Shown: positions 41,636 to 57,914, counted from the stretch's first letter. The stretch: 64,000 nucleotides of DNA from the human T2T-CHM13v2.0 reference genome, Homo sapiens (GCF_009914755.1 NC_060939.1), one strand, 5' to 3'. The notes: generated from the sequence alone by a model not told the origin. Translations and numbers: made by a program.

Positions 41636-42669
41636 AATACTTGGATATTAAAAAGCATACTCCTAATTAATCCATGGGTCAAATAAGAAGTCTAATGAAA
41701 AATTAGATAATATTTTGAACTGAACAAAAATTAAAATACAACATATAAAAATGTGTGGGAGATAGTTAATGCAGTGCTTAGAGAGACATTCATAGCATTA
41801 AATGCTTATGTTAGAAAAGAAAAAAATTTCAAATGAAAGATCTAAACTTCTGCTTTCAAAAAGTAAAAATAGAAAAGCAAAATAAATGCAAAGCAGGCAG
41901 AAAGAAGAAAATAATAAATATATGAGAAAAAAATAAAATTGAAAAGAGAAAATAGAAAGGAAAATCAATGAAGCTAAACAAATAAAACTGATAAATCTCC
42001 AGACAGACAAAGAAAAAAGCAAGAGGGTACTAATTACCAATACAAGAATGAATGATTGTATTCATCATATTCACAAAGCTATCAAAAGAATAATAAGAAA
42101 GTACTACAAACAACTCTAAGCACACAAATTTGACAACTTACGTTAAATGGACCAATTCCTAAAAAGACACCAACTACAAAAATGTACCAAATATGATGAA
42201 GATAACCCCAAACACTCCATAACTATTTTTAAAATGAAATTAATGTTTAAAATCCTCAGAAAAGGAAATCTCCAGGTCCAGATAATTTTATTGAGGAACT
42301 CTACCAAACATTTAGAGAAGAAATAATGCAAATTCTTCACAATCTCTAATTGAAAAGGAGAAAACTATTTCCAATTCATTTTATGGCTCCAGCCAAAACC
42401 AAAGCCAAAGATACCAAATACTGAAGATAGTAAAAGAAAATTATAGACCAATCTCCCTCAAAAATATAGATGTAAAAATTCTCAACAAAACTAATTAAAT
42501 ATAAACCCAGCCATACATGAAGATGTAATAATAATGACCACATTGAATTTATTCTAGGAATATAAGGCTGGTTCAGTATTTGAAAGTTAGTCAATGTAAT
42601 TCACCATATTAACAGACAAAGAAGTAAAACCTCATAATCACATTAATTTGATGCAGAAAAACTTTGGAA

Positions 42670-42820
42670 AAAATTCAGTGTACATTGATGATAAAATCTC
42701 TCAGCAAACTAGGAATAAAATTGAACTTCTTTAACCTAATGAAAGGTATGTTAGGTTAAGGGAGTTCAATTTTATTCCTAGTTTGCTGAGAGATTTTATC
42801 ATCAACATATATTGAATTTT
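42670..42820. repeat. 70-bp inverted repeat (hairpin) with an 11-nt loop
   Basis: Arms 42670-42739 and 42751-42820 are reverse complements at 64 of 70 positions, including a 43-bp perfect stretch. Confidence 0.97.
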
Positions 42821-42859
42821 GGAGAAATAATGAACTGAGAAAGATTTGATGCTTTTCCC

Positions 42860-43296
<437 letters not shown>

Positions 43297-44489
43297 CCCC
43301 AGGAGACTGGGAACAAGCCAAGGATGGCCATTCTCACCACCCCATCCAACATTGTGCTGGAAGTTCTAGCCAGTACAATAAGACAAGAAAAAAACAAAAG
43401 GAATGCAGATGGAAAAAAAAGAAACAAACTGTTTCTATTCACAGATAACATGATTGCTATACAGAAAGTCCCATAGTAGTGATTTTTTAAAAACAAAAAC
43501 CTCCTGTAACTAATAAATGAATAAAGTAAAGTCTCAGTATACAAGGTCACATGCAAAATTTGTTTTATTTCTCTATATAGGCAATGAACAATCATTGAAA
43601 ACTGAAATTTAACAATACCATTTGCAATAATTTCTTTTAAAACAAAATGCTTAGGTATAAATATCATAAAACACGCAGGCTATGTAAGTTAAAATCTATA
43701 AAATGCTAATGAAATAAATTTAAAAAGAATGGGGAGCTATTTCATGTATATAAATTAGAAGATTCAAGTTGTCCTACTGATTTAATGCAATTGCAATAAA
43801 ATCCCAGTAAGATTTTTGTTACAGACAAACTGATTCTAAAATTTATATGGAAAGGCAAAGGAACTGGAATATGGAAAGACAAAGGAGCTATTTCTTCAAA
43901 ATAATTTTGAAGAAAAAGGAAGATCTGGATAAATCATCCTACCCAATTATAAGATTTACTTAAATCTACAGTCATCAGGACAATTTGCAATGATGGAGAA
44001 ATAAACATACAAATAAACTGAACAGGTAGAGAATTCAGAAATGTGGCTAACTGATTTTTGAGACAGGTGCAAAGGTAATTGAATGGTTAAAGGTTGGTCT
44101 TTCCAACAATTGGTACTGAAACAATTGGACATTCATATGCAAAAAAACCTTTGACCTATCCCTCACACCATACACAAAAATTACTCAAAATTGATACAGA
44201 TATAAATGTAAAACCATGAGGCATATAGAAAAAAAGACATAGGAGAAAATCTGTAGGCAAAAAGTTCATGGAAATGACTCCAAAAGGCATGAGGCATGAT
44301 TCATTACAAAAATAGATAAATTAGACTTCATCAAATTTTTAGAAATTTGTTCTGCAAAAGACACTAAGATAATGAAGAAGACAAGCTACAGACAGGAGAA
44401 AGTGTTTTTAAATACATAAGCTACAAAGGACTTGTATCCAGGATGTATACAGGACCCTCAAAACTCAACAGTTAAGAGTACAAACAACA

Positions 44490-46672
<2,183 letters not shown>

Positions 46673-47834
46673 CTAAATAGACACTTCAACAAAAGAAATA
46701 CATGGATGACAAATAAGCACATGAAAATATGTTCAACATCATTAAGGAATTGTATATTTAAACCATATGAAATACTATTATACTACTATAATACGTCTAT
46801 TAAAATGATTCCAAAATTCTTAACAATGCCAAGTGCTGGAAAAGATTCACAGCAACTGGAATGGAACTCTGATACATTAATAGTGGAAATGCAAAATGAT
46901 ATACCTACTCTGGAAAACAGTTTGCTGTTTCTTACAAAGTTGAACGTATTTCTCACATGACTTGGAAATAACGCTCCAAAGTATTTAGCCTAGAGAAATG
47001 GAAAGTTATGTTCACACAAAAACCTGTTCACACGAATGTTTATAGCAGCTCCATTTGTGGAATCAACCCAACTGCCTTTCAATGGGTGAATGGATAAACA
47101 AACTGTGGTATATCTACTCAGCAGTAAAAAGGCATGAACTATTGAAATGCCTAACTTACATGACTCTCAAAGGCAGTATGCTGAGTAAAAGAAACCAGTC
47201 TCAAAAGGTTATATACTCTATTGTTCCATTTCTGTGACATTCAGGAAAAGGCAAAACTGTACTGATGGAGAATACTGTGGTGGTTGCCAATGTCTAGAGA
47301 TGGAGGAAGTGATTGAAAGTGGAAGCTTTATGGGGTGATGAAACTGCTCTGTGTCCTGATTGTGATGGTCATTACATGATATATATATTTACTGTGTGTT
47401 TAGTTAAAAAAATAAAATTAATTTTTAATGTATTCAATTTATTCAAGAAATACTTAAGTACCTTCTCTCTTTGAGACATTAATTTGGATTCCAGCCCTTG
47501 GAGTGCTGAAAAACAACAGACAAGAGACAAGAAAATAAATAATCCCAATACACTGTGTTTGTCTGCATGGCAAGAAGCTGTAAAAATACGTGGCAGGAGA
47601 ACCTAACTCTACCTTGAGCATGGTTTGGGCAGAGAGTGCACCCTAGAGAAAGTGACAGGAAAATTGAGTAGTAGTTTTCTAGTTTGTAGAAGCAAGCAAG
47701 TGAAACGTATTAGAAGGTGTTCCAAATAAAAATGAAAGATAAGGAAACTGAGGCTTGGAGAAGCTGAGCAGCTTGTTCAAGATTCTGTACTTCTGAAACT
47801 GTTCTAAAATAAAAAGTTTATTTAAAAATAAAAG

Positions 47835-48757
47835 TGTGAGTCAGAGAAACGAACCAACAGCCTACAGCTGAGAGCCATGGAATTATTCCCGGATCTCAAT
47901 CCTTACTCAAGGAATAGTTGACATTTGCCCAGCTGGGTTTCAGAATTGCTATTTCTGAAATACCAGTAACTTCCTTATGTCTCCCATTTTCCCTCCCTTT
48001 GAATAAGAATGACTATAGCAGTTATCCTATGTTTGTCCTGCCATTGTATGTTGGGTGTGGAGAGCAAGCAGTAATTTGTTTCCGTAGTTTCATAGGTGAA
48101 GAAGACTGTCGTTGAGGGGCTGTATTTAAGGAATGACAGCTGAGAAGCCTCATTTTCTCCTATATCTGATTAGATAACAAGGTTCTGAATTTTAAGGTCA
48201 CACTTTAATGGGCTGAAACTTCGGAGGAGTCGTGATCAGGAATGAATGTATTTTGCTTGTGGGAATGATGTGAATCATTAGAGGCCAGAGACAAGACTAT
48301 ATAGTCCACCTCCATCATGACTCCAAGGAACCCACATTTTGTTATTCATACTCTTGTGTAGTCCTCTTCATATAGTACCAGTGTTGATATATACAGTATG
48401 CTACCTCCAAGATAGAAGATATAACTTCTATCTTGGGCACTCTTTTGCTCACTCTGGAGGAAGCCAGTGCTGTTCCATGTGAGCAGCCACTGGAGAGGCT
48501 AGCATGGCAAGGAGCTAAAGCCTCCACCAACAGCCATGTTCATGATTTTGGAAGTAGACCCTCCAACCCAATTCAGTCTCAGGTGACTGCATCCCTGGAT
48601 GTCATCTTAATTGCAGCAATATGAGTTCCTAAGTCATGATAACCCAAACAACCCACTTCCTGTTTCCTGGCTCATTGAAACTGCAAGATAATAAATGTTT
48701 GTTGTTTCAGGCTGCTACATTTGGGGTCATTTGTTACACAAATATATAATTAAAACA
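47835..48757 (+). mobile_element. MLT1 internal fragment (~47835-48297) plus MLT1F-like 3' LTR (~48298-48757)
   Basis: Internal-type motifs TTTGCCCAGCTGGGTTTCAGAATTGCTAT and GAATGAATGTATTTTGC. LTR contains GCTCACTCTGGAGGAAGCCAG and ATAATAAATGTTTGTTGTTT. Confidence 0.7.
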
Positions 48758-49509
48758 CTCACTCTCTATTGCAATCTAAATTCAGCCCTTTGCAAGCAAC
48801 TCTGAGACTAAGGAGGGCAACTAAGTGCAAGGAAACAGAGGAAGCTGAGTCAATAACAAATTAGCTGGGAACAGGTAAGGAGGTTAGCAAGGATACACTT
48901 AAAGCAAGACTTTCAGGAAATTGTGGATAAGGATCAATCTGTCTGAAGAATCATAACACAAACCTTGTTATAAATTAGGAGCCAGAGATTCCAAACTGTT
49001 TTCCAGAGCTAAAGAGTCAGGTAGAAGGTAGCAGGTAAGTTAAATGTAAATAAACAGATACCTCTCCAGTTCTCAAGCTCTAGGCTAATTGGAAACAGCA
49101 ATAAATTTTTGAGAATGGGATCTTCATCACTGTCAGGGTGAAAATGGAATTCAATTCAATCCAACAGATATTTAGTGGTCACCGTTTCTGCTGCAGAGGA
49201 AGTGCCTGATGCTCTAAGACAGAAATTGGATCATGAGTGGTATTGCTAAAGAGCATTTAATCACTCCACTGAACTGCCCCTCACATTGATAATAAAAGTT
49301 ATCACCTGGGCACATATACTTGATTATTATAGTCAAGATTAAAAAGATAGAAGTAGGACAAAAAGAGGATAGACAATGGGGGAAGCCAGAATTCAGAAGA
49401 CCTCAGAAAAAAGTAGAGACAGAAAGATTTTTCCTATGAAGATGCAGTGCAAGGAAAAACATCAAGATCCTTAAAATAGTGTTTAGGGTTGAGAAAAAAG
49501 TAATAGTTT

Positions 49510-49780
49510 TATCATCACCATCATCATCACCGCCACCACCGTGATCATCATCACTGCAAATGTTAAATATTCATGTATGTTCTAGGCATTGTTCTAAATG
49601 GGTTTCACGAATTAATTTATTTAATCCTCACAATAACCCTATGAGATAGCTGCAATTATTTTCCTCATTTAAAAATCACTGAAGCATAAAGGCTAAGAAA
49701 ATTTCTCGAAATCACGGAGCTGCTAAATGGCAGCACTAGGATTCAAATACATGCTTTCTAACCCCACAACTGATGTTATG
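49510..49780 (-). mobile_element. MIR preceded by an imperfect (CAT/CAC)n repeat
   Basis: ATCATCACCATCATCATCACC..., then TTTAATCCTCACAATAACCCTATGAGATAG. Confidence 0.75.
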
Positions 49781-50634
49781 TTGCCTCTCAGCGCGTCAAT
49801 GTGGACCACTGGCCTGTGTCATCCCTGATCTCCTGCCCATCAGAGTGTGAGCTTATATTTTCACCAGAGAAAGCCAAAAGTGAAAGGGTAAAACGGGAGG
49901 CAAAAGCCGTGGATCTGTTTTTTCTGCTCAGCAATTCTGAGTGAGATACGTGTGAAGTCCCATTTTAAAAATGCCTCTGAGGTCAGCCATGCATGGCCGG
50001 CTGCCACAGGACACCCCTGTCCCACTGGCATCTAAAGTCCGCCCCTCCCCGTCCTGAGACTCCAGTGAAAAGAAATCTCTTAGAGTGCACCCTTTTCTCA
50101 GGCCTCGCTGGGAGACCTGCCATTTGAACTCTGTCCAAAGACCCAGGCTTGCCAAGCTGTTCAGACCAATGGCTTTCAGATTGCAATACTTAAGAATTAA
50201 AGAATCTTTACTTTTTAAACTCCATCCCATGCAGGATATCTTGAATAAATAATGCTATAATAATACATATAAGAGAATTGATCATAAAGCAAACTTTATA
50301 CCTGCATGTATAAACTGATACTAAGAAAAGCTGAAATATTATTACTACTAATAATAAAATAAGTAAAACACAGACTAGTTAACCTGGAAATGTAATAACA
50401 TATTTCATTTTTTTTAATCATCTTTTGGCTTCTTGTTTAGGTGATGGCAGAAAGAAATGTTTTTAAATTCTCTTATGTTGGTTATACATTTGTTCTATGA
50501 CCTTAAGGAAGGTGGAAATTGTGCTTCTTTTATCATCCTCTCCTCAATGCTCCAAAAATATGCTGGAGTGCATTTTTACCTCTGTAATTTCATATGTCAC
50601 TTGCTTGTCTCTTGTGTCAGTCCCCCTCTTAGGT

Positions 50635-50950
50635 CAGGGGTGGGTAAATATTTTGGGCTTTGTGGTTCATGTCATCTCTGCCCCAAGTATTCAACTCAGC
50701 TGTTGTGACTCAAAAGCAGCCACAGACAATACATAAAAGAATGAGCTTGACTGCGTTCCTGTAATACTTTATTTATAAACATTGAAATTTGAATTTCATG
50801 TAATTTTCACATGTTAGGAAATATTATTCTTTTGTGTTTTTGCTCAACCATTTAAAAATGTAAAAGCCCTTCTTAACTCATAGCTGTTCAAAAACAGGAG
50901 GGGTATGGGACTCATCCCATGGGCCATACCCTGCTGCCTGCTGACCCTTG
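50635..50950. mobile_element. MER58B-like hAT element
   Basis: CAGGGGT ... ACCCTTG termini; AAATATTTTGGGCTTTGTGG, AAAGCAGCCACAGACAATACATAAA, GAAATTTGAATTTCATGTAATTTTCAC. Confidence 0.8.
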
Positions 50951-53584
50951 CCTTAGACTCTAAGCTGTTGACAGGCTGGAAAAGGGTCTTATTCATCCTG
51001 GCATCTTCAGTGCCAAATGTAGTGTCTGTGTCAGAGTAGGAGCTCAACATTCATGTCTTAAATAGCAGAATAAAGTAAGTTATAATTCTCCTTTGGGAAG
51101 ACCTAGGTGTAGATCACTTAGTTCTTTGCCAATTTAGTTTTTTTTTTAATTCCCATGTTTCTAATTATTGCACCCTAACTTCCACCTCATTTTTGGTATA
51201 CGGCTTATACCAACATTTGTTTCTTGCGTTTGTAATTGGCTCCTGGTTCGTCTTCCTGTTTATTTGCAGGGAATACTTGCTGCTCTACTTTAACTTAGTG
51301 TCATTCAGGTTTGACCTAGTGGTTGTATTCTTAAGGCCACTTGTGCAGATGTTCTCAGATAATCTTGTTTTCAAAGATGCATGTGTGTGTGTAATTGGAT
51401 ATTTTAGCCTGGGAGTTCCAGGTCTTAGGGGTCCACCATGAGCGGAGGGAGGTGCCGCCACTCTCCTTACATGAACTGATGTCCTTAAACTTATATGGGG
51501 TGAGAAGACCAGATACAGACAGGTCAGGTAAAGACGTGATTGCAGGGAGAGGCAATGGAGCTTGAGAAGGAGAATTGTAAGAACTGACTATCTATACATT
51601 GTGATACTTGGTGCTCAAGCAGCCTGTACCCTCTGTGCTGGAAAAGGAGCACATTCACAGGAATGATACAGATCAGTAGCCCCAGGGAACATGGTACCAT
51701 TCCAGGGGCACCAAGATCACATCCTGACAGATTTTCAGCCTCACCAGCATTGATGCTTTTGACATGCAGACAGACAGGGAAATGGGAGCAAAATTTCAGC
51801 TCATAACAGCTACTCTCCACATTGAGGCCCAAGTCTACAGAGCTCTAGCTTGGCGGGCAGAGCAACAGGCAATGACCAAAGTTCATCAGCAAACTCATGG
51901 GAGACACGTAAACATTCCCAGGAATACTCAGGGTCAGAGTCTCAGTAACACTTCGTTTCCCAAGTATATATGATCACCGATGTATATGATTGTGAGCTAT
52001 CAGAATATCAACCGTAGCACACGCCTGGTAATACAGTAGCTACTCCATCAACATTTGTTGGCAGAGTCATTGAATTCCATCTATGGGCTGGTATTTTGTC
52101 TGTTTAATTTATATTGTATCCACCACTAAAACCATGCCTGGCATAACAATGGTACTCAATAAGCATTTGGTGAATGAATTAAAGTCAAGTTTGTGCTTTT
52201 CCAGTTTATTTTATTGTTTTCTATAAATGTGATTTATTGAGAATACTTTTTAAAGATGTAAGTAAATTAACAAATCAGGGGGAAAATATTTTTTTCCTAT
52301 TTCCTGATTTACGTTTGAAAACATGTGATCACTCTTCCTAATGTCATGCCTATGATCCACTTTCCTTTGAACCTGCAGCTACCATTATCCTCTCGTACAG
52401 GAGCTTATAAATTAGACCAGCCTGCTGTGGATAACAGTGCTGATGATGTTTGAATATCCATTTAATAGCAACTAGTGCTGGCGTTTTCTTAATGTGTTTT
52501 CTCTTGTAATTCTGACAGCTCTATGAATGCTCCAGTAACTTTCAGCTAAATCATCGCAGAGTTTCAATTTCCATCTTTAAGCCCTGGAGATAGATTCATA
52601 ACTGTATTATGCTAATAAATAACTGCATTTTGGGTGGATGGTGGAAAATGATCTAAACGAATGTACAAGATAATAATGCAGGTCCTTAAGCCTGAGCCGG
52701 GCCTCATTCACTTATTTCCCCTTCAGTGATCAAAGGCATATTAGGCAATTAAAAATAAAATCGGTAAATGGTGCTGACATGATTTCATTCTAGCTGTTTA
52801 CTCTAGAAAGGAGAACATTTCCGGTGAGTCACTGCTCTCCAGGCAGCCTACCACCGTCGCAAGCATGGGGGGATAGTGGCAGGAATACATGGGCGGCTGT
52901 GTTTCTCAGTGACAGAAAGAGAAAAGGGACTCTCTGCAGTTATTGTTTAGGGAGCTGACTTCACATTTATGGCCCTGGCTACCCTATGTCTTAATATCTC
53001 CCTTTAAAAAAAAAAAAAAAAAAAAGAACTCTGACCCTGTGGGTGCCTTTAAGTATTCTTTAAAAATTCTTAGATGTGTATTATTTACTAGGCTGTCTTC
53101 CATTTATTTTAGGGACACTTGCTTTAAAATGTACTTTTTTATTCCACAGCACTTCAGTGTTTTGGAGCTCTCAGCATCTCAAATGTCCAATGGGATCAAT
53201 TCGAAGTTTTCTATTTTTAAAGGAAAAAACAACAACGACGACAAGAAGAAACAACAAAGCTTGTTATGAACAACAAAATATCACATGGATGACTTTCACA
53301 GGGATCTTGGATTCCCAGCCTCAGAGTCTATCAGGAAAGCTTTTGACAGGGTTTCAGAATATACTGTGCTTAGTAAAATGAATTTAATCTATCCATCCAG
53401 TAAATTACATAACCTCTTTTGTTCCAAGTGCAGTTTACTTACAGAGACTTGCTACACCCTCCAGTCTCCTCTCACTGAATCCGGTCAAACCCTCCTCTAC
53501 TGTTTAAAAGGCTGCTAGTCCATCAACAAAGATTATTGAACATCCAGGGGCACATTCTCATGCCAGCAAAGAATGCATCTTCAG

Positions 53585-54052
53585 CGTTGTGGGTTGAAAT
53601 TGTGGCCCCTCAAATGATACTCCTGTGTCTTAATCCCTTGAACCTGTGACTGTGACCTTATTTGGACAAATAAGATCCAAATTGAATTAAGCTAAGGAGA
53701 TTGAATTAAGCTAAGGAGCTCAGAAATCATCCTGGACTTAACGTGGGCTCTAAATCCAGTGGCAGATGTCCTTATAAGAAAAAGGCAGAGGGAGAGTTCA
53801 GACACTGAGACACACAGGTCAGACAGCCATGTAGACATGGAGGCAGAGATTAGGATTATGCAGCCTTCAGCCAAGGAATGTCTGGAATTACTGGGAACTG
53901 AAAGAGACAAGGAAGGATTCTCCCTTGAAGGACTTCAGGGAGAAGAATGTGGTGCAGAAACACCTTGAATTCACACTTTGGTCTCCAAAACTGTGAGAAA
54001 AGAAATTTCTGTTGTTTTTAAGCCACAGATTTGTTACATCAGCTCTAGGGAA
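53585..54052 (+). mobile_element. MLT1C-like solo LTR
   Basis: GAACCTGTGACTGTGACCTTATTTGG ... GGAGGCAGAGATTAG ... AAATTTCTGTTGTTTTTAAGCC. Confidence 0.85.
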
Positions 54053-55559
54053 GGAAAGCCATCAGGTACCAAGTTCAACACCTCATGCTTGGAGACATGT
54101 CTGAGATTTGACTCTCCTGGGTTTATTGGAATCTTTTTTGTTTTGAAAATCAACTCTCCGACTCCAACCATCATCACCCTACCATGCCCTGCCAAAAAGG
54201 AAAAAAAAATCTATTCTTATATTTACTTTAATCATACTAACACATAATGTTACCAAGAGAATTACTGGTAATTTACTGCTGATAATTAAATTGATTAATT
54301 GTTCCTGTTACTCTTGGGTGGTCCTTCTTGTCTTCTTATTTAGAATGAAAAAGATCCAGTTGTCATAATATTTCCAGTTGCTCCTTGAAAGAGAAGGAAG
54401 ATCCAGAATGATGAAATGAAAGAGAACAAAAGACTAACTTTGGCCTGGTCCTGGCCTTAACTATTTGAATTTCCATGAATACATTTTTGAAACTTGGTGA
54501 TTTCTGTATATTTCCACATATGTCTTGTCACCCACACATTTCATTGTTTCTATACAGACTTCGTAAGGAAAGAAGTGAGATTTCCACCTCTTGGACACGG
54601 AGTAAATAAAGTCCTCTTCTCAAGGATATGTTATTGCCAAAAATCAAAGCCCAGCAGTCATGTTTCTGGGCTGGAATGGAGAAATTGCCTCATCAATGAC
54701 CTCTTGACAATTGACTAATAAGCTGGGGTGGCTTCTAGGCCCAGAAAGAAACCCAGAGCACTGTATAACTGAAAACAACTAAACCACAACTTCTAAACCA
54801 CTTAATTAGATTTCCAACTGTTATTCTTGACTTCATTAACAAAACAAAACAAAATATTAGCTATAAACAAGGCTCTGCTCAGCCTACACTCTTTGGACAA
54901 GACTATGTAACATTCCCCAAGCATGCCCCATGTTCTTGGCCTCCTCACCTTTACTCTCCCCGTTTCTGTCATCAGGAACGCTCCCTCTACTTCCCCTACA
55001 TCTGCCCCTCAGCTCCTTTCCCCGCTGAGACCTCCTTTCCATCCCTTAGCTCTTGTTTAATGTCCCCTTCCTTATTTGGCCCCTGTGGTTCTTTTTGGCT
55101 CCTCTGATCATCCTCAAACATTGGGATTCCTTAGGGGCTTAAGGCTGGAGAATGGAGCAGGGGCAGTCTCTTACTCACACCCCATGTTAGGGGCAAGGGA
55201 AATAGCTCTGGAGTAAATCAAAGACAAACAAAGCCACCAAGCTATCCACACAGGGAGCACGTGAACCTGGACCCCTTTTCCCTCATCCACACTTCGGGGA
55301 GGATATTGAATAAAATATTTGACCATTTCTGATTTTCTTTGCAAAGAGAATAGTGTGGGCCAGCCTGGGGTCTCCTCTAAAGCCCTTTTCCATTTGGAGC
55401 AAGCATTGTGTTTTGTTCACCTTTGTTCCTCTATTTCTTATTCTTACATGAGATACACAGTAAGCACTAATAAACGTGTGGGAATACTGAACTAACCTTC
55501 CCAGGCCACAGGAATCCCTATATAGAAGCACAAAATGACTTTTTGATACCTCTCAGCTG

Positions 55560-56338
55560 TCTTTGATATCCACTCCCCCCAAAAAAGTCCCCACCAAGTT
55601 GTCAAATCCTGCGGTCTCCCTCAGGACATGCTTGATCTCTCATCTTTTCATTTCTATTCACGCTGCCACCATCCTTTTCCTCCCAAGCTGTTATGTTGAT
55701 GGTTTTCCTGGTCTAGAAGGTGTGATTCAGCTTCCTAAAGCATAATTTGTTGTCACATTTACTCATCTGTCTACTAAAGCTAGACTCCAGTGGTTCCTAC
55801 CTGACCAAGTCAACTCAAAGCCCCTTGCCTGGTGGCTAAGGCCTTCCATAGACTTGCCTTGGCCAATTTTTCCAGACTTTTTACTCACTGTTCCCTTTCA
55901 GAAACCCCAGGTCTTAGCCAAACAGAACATTGTTCACTTCCTGAACATGCCAGAAGCTTCCCATCTCCCTACCTCTGCTCTGACTGTCTCACTGCTCAGT
56001 CCTTACCTCCCCTGTCTGGTCACAGGGCCCACGTGTCCTTCAAGGTCAACCACAGCACTGTCTCTACCTTGAGACCTCCCCAGATGCTTCAGCCAAGGAA
56101 GATTTTCTTATCCTTTCATACTTTATGGATAGCATCTACACAGCCTTTAATTTTCTTATATGAGGGTTGCCTGATCCTATTTAAGAGCCATTCTCTGAGG
56201 CCCGCCCAAGCCCAGGCACTGCATAAGCCATGGCCTGTCTCCTCCACTTCACTTGACCTTGTTTCCAACACTTCCACTCTAAGGCCCCAGGCAAGGTATG
56301 TTCTCAGTGAATACTTACTGAATGAAAGAATAGATTAA
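55560..56338 (+). mobile_element. L2 3' relic
   Basis: Pyrimidine-rich L2 body ending GTTCTCAGTGAATACTTACTGAATGAAAGAAT. Confidence 0.6.
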
Positions 56339-57714
56339 AGTGTAAGTCATACATCTGTTCCTGCACAAAACAGCTTTGATGATCAGAGAAGGAATAGACT
56401 CTATATCAAAAAGTTAATGACTAGTCCTAAAGGATAGCACCATCACCTGTGCCTTCCCCCTGCCCTCTTTCTGCCCTGGCAGAAAGGACCATGCAGGAGT
56501 CCAGTGGACCTTCCCCAGTCATGACTCCAGGCCTTGGGGGCTTCCCTGCACCACGACAGGGTGCTGAATATCACACTCCAAAAGTCACAATGCATCCTCC
56601 CCTGCAACCACTGCCAGCCTTTCACCCTCACCCTTTGTTGTAACAGAGGACAGAGCAAGGTAAGGACGTCAGGGAGGAAGACAGGATCTGCTAACAGTGC
56701 ATGTGGTGATCCCCAGGGGGTGGCAAACACAGCAATGAGAAACACCAGGAATGTCTGTCACTTGGCCAGTTCCTGTGTCTCCAGGGAGGTCTGCCATTTG
56801 GGGCTAGGCTCTGGCCCCAAGCTTTGTCTCTGATCTCTGTGTCACCACAGGGCATCTGTGAGTCCAGACTCACAGAACTCTCTCCCATCAGTGGTGAGGG
56901 CAGCGGTGCCTCAAGTGGAGGCCTGTGCCCAGGAGGCCTGGTTGGGACAGCCAGACTAAAGAGGGTGGTTATGTGGGACTGTTTCAATCCCTGAACAAAG
57001 GCAGTGGGGAGGGGACCCACATCCTGTGTGGGCAGTGATGGTGGAGAGAGCAAAGTGGCAACAGAGCCATTCGGGGGAGCTGGGCCAAACACAGGGAAAG
57101 AGCTTGAACAAGACGTGGGGGGAGGAGGGTCTGCCATGTGATGCAGGCCCAGTAGGTATCAGAGGTTGTGAGGGTAAGCACAGTATCTGACGACCAAGGG
57201 AATAAGATCATCTCCTCACTCACAGCCCAGTCATCCCTAGATGAGGAAACACCAGCCGGTCACATGAATCGAAACTCCCTAGTTTCTCACAACTGGAATC
57301 CAATTTCCAGCTGAAAAGGGATTTCAGGTTGGCTAGGAGACAGGCCTATGGAGAAGTCCCCATCACTAGCTCTGCCACATGAGAAAAGCTGCTGGGTGAG
57401 GGGGCACAGGTGGAGAAGGCTTGGCAGAAGATAAAATGTGTAACATTAGTATATGGCCAGTCTAGGGAGGGCTCACCCATGGGAGGGGAAGACAGTTTTC
57501 GGGCAGCGGGGATAGTTGGGCACAGCCAGGACACAGGGAAGTCCATGTGTACTCGGAGGAAACAGCAATTCCTCACACAAAGTTGAGAAAATAGAGGCCT
57601 TTCTGGTGGCAGAGTAAGACGTGGGCAGTGGGTAGAGTAGCTGAGAAGAGGCACAGTGGGCCTAAGTGATGGAAGATTCATCCTAAATTGGGTGCCTGAG
57701 GAACTTGCTGCATA

Positions 57715-57850
57715 GACCAGGTTTCAGACCTGCTCAGGGCATTTAGTAAAATACAGACTCCCAGGCTCCTACCACAGAGATCTTGATTCAATAGATCTGG
57801 GGTTGGGTCTAGGACCTATAAACACCTAGAAGTTTTGATAGGAAAGAGTC
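57715..57850. mobile_element. MER5A-like fragment
   Basis: GTAAAATACAGACTCCCAGGCTCCTACCACAGAGATCTTGATTCAATAGATCTGGGGTTGGG. Confidence 0.65.
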
Positions 57851-57914
57851 TGGATATATGAGGCCAGGTCAGAAAGCCATCACAGAAAATACAGCACTAG
57901 TAGTGGCATTCCTA

